From Thermoplasmata archaeon (GTDB lineage Archaea > Thermoplasmatota > Thermoplasmata > Lutacidiplasmatales > UBA184): a DNA stretch of 64,000 nucleotides. The stretch lies in contig JBAUZT010000010.1 of the NCBI GenBank assembly GCA_049585415.1, positions 20,406 to 84,405 of the forward strand. Direction: 5' to 3'. Every line of letters begins with the position of its first letter. Position 1 is the first letter of the stretch. A program made the translations under genes and the position numbers. The notes below the pieces were generated by a model. The model was given only the letters and a program-made list of their open reading frames with translations. It had not been told where the DNA came from and did not search any database. Positions 27,747 through 35,406 of this stretch are shown one piece after another.

Positions 27747-28595
27747 CTACGACTTGAGACCGAAGCTGCAGAGAACGACCGGCGTCTCCTTCGCGAGCTG
27801 GGAGGTCGTGCCGACGCTGTAGTCGCCCTGGAGCGTGCTCAGGTGCCCATTCACGGGGGCGCTGCCGGGCGTGTTGCCGATCGCGTAGATGTTCCCGCTC
27901 GCATCGACGTCCAGCACGATCTGAGGCAGCGGGATCACCGCCGGCCCGGTGAGGTTGGCCGCCCCGTTGGTCACGTCGTAGGTCGAGCCATGGCACGAGC
28001 AGTGGATGTAGAACGACCCGCTCGGGTTCGTGCCCGAGGTCCAGGTTTCTGGACACGTGTTCGGACGGTAGTAGGAGATCGCCGGGGCCGGGCAGCCGAG
28101 GTGCTGGCAGATCGCACTGTATGCGACGATCGAGCCGTTGGTACCCACGCCACCGGGGACTTTCCACGCGCCGAGGTTCGTCCGGCTCGGTTGTTGGCCG
28201 TTCGCGGGGGAGAGGTTGAGAAGGAAGTTCGGTTCGTTGCGGAGCGGATAGTTGAAGAGGAGGTCGGTGTCCGTGGTCACGTTGTACTCGCTCTCGACCT
28301 TGTTGACCGTCAACGCGGAGCCGTCGACGTCGAGGAGCTGGGTCCGCGGGAAGCTCGAGATCCCGACCGTCGGGGGTTGAACGAACTGGAGCGTCCCTCC
28401 AACGAGTCCGCCGGCGCCCGCGCCGACGAGGCCCGCGACCGCGAGCAGCTTCAGCACGTTGCGTTTCGTCTCGTCGACCTCCTCGCCGGAGTCCACCGCG
28501 CCGACGCGACGCAACTGGCCGACCGGAAAATCGAGCTCCGGGCTCCGGCTGACCATGAACGGGCAAGAGTCCGGGCAGTCGCGGGCGCCGATCAC
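27747..28595 (-). CDS. Rieske 2Fe-2S protein
   Basis: CQHLGCP...CSCHGSTYD cluster boxes. N-terminal TKRNVLKLLAVAGLVG export/anchor segment. GTG 28595 or ATG 28556 as start. Confidence 0.9.
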   Translation of the reverse strand: MIGARDCPDSCPFMVSRSPELDFPVGQLRRVGAVDSGEEVDETKRNVLKLLAVAGLVGAGAGGLVGGTLQFVQPPTVGISSFPRTQLLDVDGSALTVNKVESEYNVTTDTDLLFNYPLRNEPNFLLNLSPANGQQPSRTNLGAWKVPGGVGTNGSIVAYSAICQHLGCPAPAISYYRPNTCPETWTSGTNPSGSFYIHCSCHGSTYDVTNGAANLTGPAVIPLPQIVLDVDASGNIYAIGNTPGSAPVNGHLSTLQGDYSVGTTSQLAKETPVVLCSFGLKS

Positions 28596-28780
28596 GAGAG
28601 CGTCCTCCCTTCCGTGTTCGGCCGGGTGTCGTCGGACTCATGCGGGTCCGGGTTCATCGCGTCGCCGGGGAGCTCGGCGTTCTCGCTGCCGTGGTAGACC
28701 GCCCAGGTGATGCCGATCCCCATCAGGATGACGAGGACCTCCGTCATCTCGACGATCTGGTCTGTGGTGAGCGCGCTCAT
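28592..28780 (-). CDS. 62-aa single-TM peptide
   Basis: MSALTTDQIVEMTEVLVILMGIGITWAVYHG. ATG verified at 28778-28780. 4-nt overlaps with both neighbours. Confidence 0.45.
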   Translation of the reverse strand: MSALTTDQIVEMTEVLVILMGIGITWAVYHGSENAELPGDAMNPDPHESDDTRPNTEGRTLS

Positions 28781-29166
28781 CGGTTCGCCTCCCCTTCCGG
28801 GGGTACCGCGGGGAGCGTCATCGACCAGGTCGGGACCGGAAAGCTGCCCGTCCACGGGATCCACGCCGGCTCGATCGGTCGCGGGATGGGTACTGGCGCC
28901 CTCGTCACCGCGGCCGGGATCCCGCTCGCCTGGGTCGGCGTCGCATCGAGCCCGAGCAGCGCTCCGCGGATCGAGAGCGGCCCGTTGACCGGCATCGGAA
29001 GGTCCGCGGCCTTCGTGAACTCGGCGAGCAGTTCCTGCTTGAGTCGGCCGGCGCGGGCGTACCAGCGCCCGGCCGTCCGAAGGAGCTGGGCGCTGTCCTT
29101 CCCCAGGAACAGGAAGACCACGGCGGCGAGGATGATGATCCAGTCGATGTCCGAGAAGAGCGCCAT
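28777..29166 (-). CDS. TatA/TatB-family protein (TatB-like) with Pro-rich C-terminal extension
   Basis: MALFSDIDWIIILAAVVFLFLGKDSAQLLRTAGRWYARAGRLKQEL. ATG verified at 29164-29166. Confidence 0.65.
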   Translation of the reverse strand: MALFSDIDWIIILAAVVFLFLGKDSAQLLRTAGRWYARAGRLKQELLAEFTKAADLPMPVNGPLSIRGALLGLDATPTQASGIPAAVTRAPVPIPRPIEPAWIPWTGSFPVPTWSMTLPAVPPEGEANR

Positions 29167-29170
29167 CAAC

Positions 29171-30007
29171 CTACCCCGTTCCGGTCGCGAGACGAGGGGG
29201 CGAGGGGGGAGCGGCGGAGCGCTTCTCCCAGCGGCCCGCAAAGAACGCCCCGCCGAAGTAGAGCGCGATCATCGGCGTCGCGATGATCAGCATGGTGATG
29301 CCGGAGTTGTCCGGCGTGACGATCATACCGAAGACGAGCGCGCCGAGTACCGCGCCCCGCCAATGCTTCCGCCACGCGGCGGCCTTGACGACCCCGAGCC
29401 GCGTCAGGGCGTAGATGAAGACCGGCAGTTCGAAGACGACCCCGAAGGCGAGCGAGTAGAGGAGGGCGAACAGGATGAAGTCCTGCACGCCGAGCACCGG
29501 AGCGAGCCCGTCCGCCGCGACGTAGAAGAACAAGAGGCGGAACGTGAACGGCGTCAGCCAGACGAGACCGATCGTCGTCCCGACCGCGAAGAGGGCCGTG
29601 GCGGGGATCCCGATCTGCCGGAGCAGGAGGCGCTCGTTCTTGCGGAGCGCGGGAACGAGGAACGCCCCAACCTCGTGGACAATCCACGGCATCGAGAGGA
29701 TCAGTGCGACAAGGATCCCGATCTCCATCTGGGCGAGGATCGAATCGCCCACGCCGACATTGAGGAGCTCGACATTCGCCGGGAGCATCCAGTCGCGCAT
29801 CACGATGAACAGCTGCGCGGCGACGTTGTAGAACGGATTCGGCCAGGGATAGGCGAACGGGACGGACGTCCCCAGGATCGAGAGCCGGAACGGCTTCAGC
29901 TCGAAGAAGAGGAGGAACCCGAAGATCGAGGCGAGGACGATCCCGATACGGACGACGCGGCGACGGACCTCCTGGAGGATCGACAGGATGCGGTCGAGGT
30001 CGCGCAT
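29171..30007 (-). CDS. tatC: twin-arginine translocase subunit TatC
   Basis: 278 aa, 6 TM, typical TatC N-terminus LQEVRRRVVRIGIVL. Confidence 0.85.
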   Translation of the reverse strand: MRDLDRILSILQEVRRRVVRIGIVLASIFGFLLFFELKPFRLSILGTSVPFAYPWPNPFYNVAAQLFIVMRDWMLPANVELLNVGVGDSILAQMEIGILVALILSMPWIVHEVGAFLVPALRKNERLLLRQIGIPATALFAVGTTIGLVWLTPFTFRLLFFYVAADGLAPVLGVQDFILFALLYSLAFGVVFELPVFIYALTRLGVVKAAAWRKHWRGAVLGALVFGMIVTPDNSGITMLIIATPMIALYFGGAFFAGRWEKRSAAPPSPPRLATGTG

Positions 30008-30113
30008 CAGTCACCCGGAACCTCCCGGGAGGCCCCCGACCCGGTCTCCCTCGGGAGGGTCTCTCCTGCGATGGTGCTCCGTGCCTCGGGCATGCCGGGT
30101 CAGGTCGTTCGTT

Positions 30114-30317
30114 CTAGTGGCCCGGCCCGGAAGCGGTGGTCGCGTTCGCCGCAGCCTGATCGGCCTTGATCTCCTTCTCGACCTCGATCCGTCCCTTCTT
30201 GAACTCGCCGACGGAACGCCCGAGGCTGTGCGCGAGCTGCGGGATCTTGCTGGACCCGTAGAACAGTATCCCGGCCACTACGGCGATGATCAACCAGTCG
30301 TCCAGAGAATCGAACAC
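30114..30317 (-). CDS. tatA: twin-arginine translocase subunit TatA/E
   Basis: DWLIIAVVAGILFYGSSKIPQLAHSLGRSVGEFKKG. Confidence 0.8.
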   Translation of the reverse strand: MFDSLDDWLIIAVVAGILFYGSSKIPQLAHSLGRSVGEFKKGRIEVEKEIKADQAAANATTASGPGH

Positions 30318-30418
30318 CTCTGCCCCTCACCGCACGAGCGGCCAGTGGAACGATATGGCGTTCGTACGGGACGACCGAACGGGTACGGTGAGTCCCTACG
30401 TCGGGTAGATAAGCCCGT

Positions 30419-31462
30419 TCAGGTGGCCTCGACCATCACGGTCTCGGTGCCCGCCGAGACCGCACGGTCGATCGCGACCTCCGCGAGCAGCGAGAGGCAA
30501 CCGGCCCCCCGTCCGAGCAGGAGGGACGCCTCGCGAAGCCCGCCCTTGTGGGTCGGGCTTCCTCGCCGGTCCGCGGCGTCCACGACCAGGGTAGCGAGGC
30601 GCGACGTCTCGTAGTACACCTCGCAGGCGTGGTCGAGGGAGGGATGCATCAACGTCTCCACGACCGTCTTGAGATGGGTCTTCATGTCGGGGAGGACGAC
30701 GGCGAGGGCGTTCGCGGACCCCGCCGGGAGCTTCGTGACCTCGTCGTTGAGCGTAGAGAGGGTCGCCGAGAACAGCTCCGAGAGCTCCTCGAGCGCGTGG
30801 ACGACCACGCGCCACTCGAGCAGCTGGCGCGGGTCGGGGCTGCCGATCCGACGGGCCAGCGACCAGTCTCGGCTCGCGAGGAACAGTTGCCGAACGAGGA
30901 GCGCGAGAACCTTGTTCCCTTCCTCGTCGAGCGTGGGGATCCGGCGGCTCCGCTGTCGACGCGTGAGCACCTCCTCGGTCTCCTCGAGGAAAGCGACGAG
31001 GATCATCTTCATCCGCTGCACGAGCTGCGGCAGGCCGTACTTGGACGGGTCGATGAAGTTCTGGAGCACGACCCGCGTCGGTTCCTGGGCGACGACCGAG
31101 ACTCCGAGCAGACCCCGCGCGGTCTGCAAAAGCTCCTCCACGCGCTCGGGAGCGAGCGGGACGTCGGTACGGATCTCGATCGCATCGTGGCCCACTCGAT
31201 ACGCTCCGACCACGAGCCGCTCGAGGACTCCCGGCGTGTCGAACGAGCGCGCGGAGACGAGGTACGGCGCTCCGCTCACGGCCGCCCCGGGGAGCGGGGC
31301 CGGTTTCAGGTAGAGCGTGCCGTCGTCGTTCTGATCGAAGACGACCAGATCGCCTGGGCGAAGATTCATCGCCTGTGCCCACGGCTTCGGCAACGTGACG
31401 GCGATCGACGAGTGTCCGGCTTTCAGAACGCGGCGCTCCCGACTCGGTGCTCCCCACGCCAT
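30419..31462 (-). CDS. AbrB/SpoVT-domain plus PhoU-domain regulator
   Basis: SSIAVTLPKPWAQAMNLRPGDLVVF (AbrB-like swapped hairpin) followed by helical PhoU-like repeats. Confidence 0.65.
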   Translation of the reverse strand: MAWGAPSRERRVLKAGHSSIAVTLPKPWAQAMNLRPGDLVVFDQNDDGTLYLKPAPLPGAAVSGAPYLVSARSFDTPGVLERLVVGAYRVGHDAIEIRTDVPLAPERVEELLQTARGLLGVSVVAQEPTRVVLQNFIDPSKYGLPQLVQRMKMILVAFLEETEEVLTRRQRSRRIPTLDEEGNKVLALLVRQLFLASRDWSLARRIGSPDPRQLLEWRVVVHALEELSELFSATLSTLNDEVTKLPAGSANALAVVLPDMKTHLKTVVETLMHPSLDHACEVYYETSRLATLVVDAADRRGSPTHKGGLREASLLLGRGAGCLSLLAEVAIDRAVSAGTETVMVEAT

Positions 31463-31534
31463 TGAGTTTCCCCAAACCTACTACGAGGTCCGTAGGTTAT
31501 ACAGGGGGTCCCATTTGAGCGTTGCGCTCGCGAC

Positions 31535-32281
31535 TTATCCTCTGCGCTCGGCGGAATTCGGGTCCGGTGCGCTCGTCTCGGCCGCGGGAGCCTCCTCCGT
31601 TTCCGGCTCCGGGTAGCCGAGCCGTTGCGGGGGCATCTCGTAGGTGCTCCCCCGCCGGCGTCCCACGACGAATCCGAGGACGAGCGCGATCACAACGAGG
31701 CCGACGATCGTGCCGACAATGATGAACACCGCGATTCCCGGATCGGTCGACGCGGTCGAGACGGTCAGATTCCCGGGGACCGGGATGCCGAACGCGATGA
31801 ACCCGTACATCCCGTTCTGGAAGTGACCGGCCTCCGTGCACACGAACTCGTACCATCCACTCTTCGCCGGTGAAGTGAAGCTCGCGATCACCTGGTCGCC
31901 GGAGGTACCGGACGCGGTCGCGTTCGCGTTAAAGAGCGCGGAGGGAGATTTTCCCCAAACGAGCTTATCGAAGGCGCTCCCGGCAATGCCGCTCGGGATG
32001 ACCCAGCCCTGGACCCCAATGATCGTGAACGTATGGTCGACGGCGTCGTTGTCGGTGAACGTGACCGTGATGGAGGCGTTCGTCGGAACGTTGCCGACGC
32101 CGTTCGGGTTGAACGCGAAGCCGCTTTCGGCCGTCACCGAGACGGTACCCGAGCTCCCGTTCTGGATGGCGGAAGCCGCCCGCGCCGGTGCCGTGGAGAC
32201 GAGAGCGGCGAATCCCCCGCCGACCAGGATCACGGCGATCGCGAACGCTACCGCCGCTTTACGCGTACCGCCCCTGCTCAT
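31535..32281 (-). CDS. type-1 blue copper protein (sulfocyanin/halocyanin-like) with C-terminal TM anchor
   Basis: DHTFTI...FVCTEAGHFQNGMYG (His, Cys, His, Met ligands), signal peptide, C-terminal helix IAVFIIVGTIVGLVVIALVLGFVVG. ATG verified at 32279-32281. Confidence 0.8.
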   Translation of the reverse strand: MSRGGTRKAAVAFAIAVILVGGGFAALVSTAPARAASAIQNGSSGTVSVTAESGFAFNPNGVGNVPTNASITVTFTDNDAVDHTFTIIGVQGWVIPSGIAGSAFDKLVWGKSPSALFNANATASGTSGDQVIASFTSPAKSGWYEFVCTEAGHFQNGMYGFIAFGIPVPGNLTVSTASTDPGIAVFIIVGTIVGLVVIALVLGFVVGRRRGSTYEMPPQRLGYPEPETEEAPAAETSAPDPNSAERRG

Positions 32282-32515
32282 TCCGCCACCGCGAGCGCTC
32301 CGACGCCCGCGGGACGGAGCGTGTCGTTCAAACCCCCTCCGTATGAACCGGACGGACCCGATTCCCCCGCGACGGGCCGCACCCCTCCGCGGGGCGGTTC
32401 GTACGCGGGTCATATGTAGCTCGGGCCCCCCGTGCCGACTGTGTTGGACCGGGGTCCCCACCGGTTGGGGCATGCCGGCCCGGCCGCGGTGCCGGCGGTC
32501 GCCCTTGCCGGGGTG

Positions 32516-32668
32516 ATGGCGACCGAGACGAACCTTCAGATCACGGCGCCACTGCTCTGGGTCATGCTCGCCCTGACGGTCGCCGGAGCGATCATCACGT
32601 ACGCGTTCATGGTCTACGCGGTTTGGAGATTCCGAGACCCGACGACGAAGAGGCGACGACATGGTTAG
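32516..32668 (+). CDS. one-helix peptide corresponding to TM1 of cytochrome oxidase subunit II (IIa-like)
   Basis: MATETNLQITAPLLWVMLALTVAGAIITYAFMVYAVWRFRDPTTKRRRHG. The stop overlaps the ATG of the next ORF (ATGGTTAG). Confidence 0.55.
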   Translation: MATETNLQITAPLLWVMLALTVAGAIITYAFMVYAVWRFRDPTTKRRRHG

Positions 32669-33119
32669 CAAGTACGAAGTGGCGTGGACCCTCGCCGTCG
32701 TGGTGATGCTCGCCGGAGTCGCGGCCTACTCCACGATCCTGCTCTATCAGATCGACGCGCTCCCGTCCGACCCCACCGAGTACGTGGAGGTCATCGGCCA
32801 CCAGTGGTATTGGGAGTTCATTTACTCGAACGGCTCGTCGTTCAACTCGTCGTACGACGCGGCAACGAACACCGTTAGCGGCGGCGAGTTATGGGCGCCT
32901 CCCGGGGCCGAGGTGCAGATCAACGTCACGGGAGCGGATGTCGTCCACTCGTTCAACATCCCGGCGCTCGGGGTGCGCATCGATGCGATCCCGGGGCGGG
33001 TTAACCAGTTCGCTTTCACCGTCCCCAACGTCGCGGCCGGAACCCAGTATCTCATCCAGTGTACGGAGTTCTGCGGCGAGTTCCACGGAACGATGCGTTC
33101 GTTCCTCGCGATCACGTAG
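32661..33119 (+). CDS. coxB: cytochrome oxidase subunit II (one TM plus CuA domain)
   Basis: YEVAWTL, HQWYWEF, DVVHSFNIPALGVRIDAIPGRVN, CTEFCGEFHGTM (CuA ligands). Confidence 0.9.
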   Translation: MVSKYEVAWTLAVVVMLAGVAAYSTILLYQIDALPSDPTEYVEVIGHQWYWEFIYSNGSSFNSSYDAATNTVSGGELWAPPGAEVQINVTGADVVHSFNIPALGVRIDAIPGRVNQFAFTVPNVAAGTQYLIQCTEFCGEFHGTMRSFLAIT

Positions 33120-33205
33120 TTCGAATTCCGCGTCGGCTCGGCGAGTGATCGGTTCGACTCCGGGATCCCGCGCGGTCCCGCCCGGTCCCGGCGGGAGGTT
33201 CGGGG

Positions 33206-34240
33206 TTAGGGATGCCCGCCGTGGCTCTTCGGCGGGGAGGGAAACCGACCCGAGTACGAGGCGATGACCGCGACCAGCACCCCGATTCCGAGCAGCACCG
33301 CGGACCCGACGAGGACCCACGTGTCTACCACCGCGGTGCTCGGAGCCGGCACCGGTGGCGGAGGAGGGACCGCGATGTACAGCTCGCCGGTCATCCCGTT
33401 CGCAAAGTGCCCCGAGATGGTGCAGATGTACTGGTAGACTCCCGGCGCCCGGACCGTGAAGTTCGCCCACGCCGTGCTGCCGGCTCCCGAGGGGATTGGC
33501 AGGTTCACGAGCGGGGCGTTCGTCGCGAAGGTCGCGGAGAAGTTCGCCGGTGAGAGCGTGTAGTTCGAGAGCGACGAGACGGTGAAGGTGTGGCCGAGCG
33601 AACCCGTATTCGTCACGAGCACGTCGACGACCAGCGGGTAGTGCGGGTTCGCCACGTAGAGGACGGCGGGCACGAACGAATAGGAGTCGGTCGTGTTCTC
33701 CATCAGCTCGGTGCCGGGCCCGCTCGCGGTCAGGTTGACGAAGCCCCACATCCCCGCCTGGAACTGGTAGGGCACGAGGGAGACGAACTCGAAGGAGTCG
33801 CCGCCGACCGACGCGTTGAACGTCACGTTCGCCCACGCACTGCTGCCGGGAGCGACGGAGACGTTCGCGAGCGAGCCGTTCTTCGCGAAGAACGAGTTGA
33901 GCGCGGACGGAGACCACGAGGTGTTGAGCACGACGTTCGGAACCGTCGTCAGCGTGAAGGTGTGATTGTAGACCCCCTGGTTCACCAAGTGTACCGACAG
34001 CGTCGAGCTCGAGTTCGCGGTCAGCGATCGTGGCGTGAACGCGGGTTGGTCGGTCATGTTGACCGTCCTCGTCGAGTTACCGGACTCCGGGTGCCCGATG
34101 CCGATCTCGGGAGCCGCGGGCGCGGCCGCGAGGGCCATCGCCGACGGGAGCCCGAACGTCAGGCAGAGGAGGGCGGCGACGAACCACGGGAAGGCTTTGC
34201 GGACCGCCGGGGACAGTCGTCTCGCCCGTGCGTCGGTCAC
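33206..34240 (-). CDS. tandem-cupredoxin membrane-anchored protein (domain 1 copper site degenerate, domain 2 canonical)
   Basis: Domain 2 has GHTFTV...YICTISGHFANGMTG. Domain 1 has NHTFTL...FVSLVPYQFQAGMWG (Cys to Ser, His to Gln). C-terminal TM. 14 N-X-S/T sequons. Confidence 0.75.
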   Translation of the reverse strand: MTDARARRLSPAVRKAFPWFVAALLCLTFGLPSAMALAAAPAAPEIGIGHPESGNSTRTVNMTDQPAFTPRSLTANSSSTLSVHLVNQGVYNHTFTLTTVPNVVLNTSWSPSALNSFFAKNGSLANVSVAPGSSAWANVTFNASVGGDSFEFVSLVPYQFQAGMWGFVNLTASGPGTELMENTTDSYSFVPAVLYVANPHYPLVVDVLVTNTGSLGHTFTVSSLSNYTLSPANFSATFATNAPLVNLPIPSGAGSTAWANFTVRAPGVYQYICTISGHFANGMTGELYIAVPPPPPVPAPSTAVVDTWVLVGSAVLLGIGVLVAVIASYSGRFPSPPKSHGGHP

Positions 34241-34334
34241 CGGTTCCCCTGACGGCGCTCGGACCTGAGAGCGGTTGATATGCGTGCTGTACGAATCCCC
34301 CGGCGGAAGACCTGGGCTCCGATCCGCTCGGGGT

Positions 34335-35327
34335 TCAACGGACGACCGAGCCGCCGGCCTCGAGGGTTCGCGCTTCCGCGATCGCCGGAACCGGAGCCGG
34401 GAGGCGGTCCGCCTCGTCTGCCGCGTCGGAGGAGGCCCGGGAAAGCCAGGCCCGCTCCGCCGACCCGGTATAGTATCGTCGGAGTAGGTAGGCGATCTCG
34501 ACGCCCATCACCACGGCCATCACCGTACCGAACCCGAGGACCGCGACGGGAGCGCCTCCCGTCGCGACGAGCGCGAGGCCGGCGACGGCCATCGCGAGGA
34601 ACGCGGCGCCCAGTCCGACCAGCAGGCCGAGCTCCTGCGGGCGGGAGACGCTCGGACGGGAGAGCGTCCAGAGAAGGATCGCAAAGATCGCGACCATCAG
34701 GACCGTCATCGCGGCGCCGCCGACGATCGGATACGTCGTCACCCAGGGGCCGAGCGCCGCGGCGAGCGTGAGGGCGACGAGCGCGTACCGTTCGGCGCTC
34801 GCGAGGGGCGCCCAGAGGACGAGCGCGGCCATGATCGACGCCATCGACCAGAAGAACCAGACGGACGACACTCCGAGGGCGAGCGTGTTCACGACGGGCA
34901 ACGGCGAGCTCTCGTTCCCGAGGGCGAAGAGGAATCCCATCAGGACCTCGGAGCCGGTGGTCATCAACGCGAGGGCCGCGGGCCAGGTCCAGTCTCGCGC
35001 CCCGACCCGCCGGTCGCGGAAGATGATGAGTCCGATGAACCAGAGTCCGGCCGGTCCCATCATCATGAAGTTGAAGGCGAGCAGGACGAACGTCCACGCG
35101 GTGGTCCCGTCGGAGTTCAGGAAGACGAAGACGAGGGAGAGCAACAGCACGCTGCCCCCACCGAGCACGGCGAAGGCGAGCGCCATCTGCGTCACCAGGG
35201 GGGGTCGGCCGTCGCTCGGCAGGACCTTCCCGAAGACGAAGATCGTGACCGCGATCATCATGATCGCGATGACCGCGAACGGGGCGAGGGAGGCGTTCAC
35301 GCCGAACGGGGGTAGAGGGAACTGCAC
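34335..35327 (-). CDS. polytopic membrane protein (about 9-10 TM), function unknown
   Basis: 330 aa, GTG start at 35327, uniformly hydrophobic helices. Lies upstream of the tandem cupredoxin gene. Confidence 0.55.
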   Translation of the reverse strand: MQFPLPPFGVNASLAPFAVIAIMMIAVTIFVFGKVLPSDGRPPLVTQMALAFAVLGGGSVLLLSLVFVFLNSDGTTAWTFVLLAFNFMMMGPAGLWFIGLIIFRDRRVGARDWTWPAALALMTTGSEVLMGFLFALGNESSPLPVVNTLALGVSSVWFFWSMASIMAALVLWAPLASAERYALVALTLAAALGPWVTTYPIVGGAAMTVLMVAIFAILLWTLSRPSVSRPQELGLLVGLGAAFLAMAVAGLALVATGGAPVAVLGFGTVMAVVMGVEIAYLLRRYYTGSAERAWLSRASSDAADEADRLPAPVPAIAEARTLEAGGSVVR

Positions 35328-35406
35328 GCGCGCTCCGGGCGGAGGAGGGGAGTCGCACTCTTATTCCGTCGGTACCGACCGGGGCCGCGGCCCCTCGGGT
35401 CCGGGG

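Noticed and set aside
32655-32670. Programmed +1 frameshift joining the two coxB ORFs.
   Set aside because: The P-site codon GGU before UAG cannot re-pair in the +1 frame (GUU), and no slippery motif is present. An in-frame ATG at the junction favours a genuine split or a simple indel.
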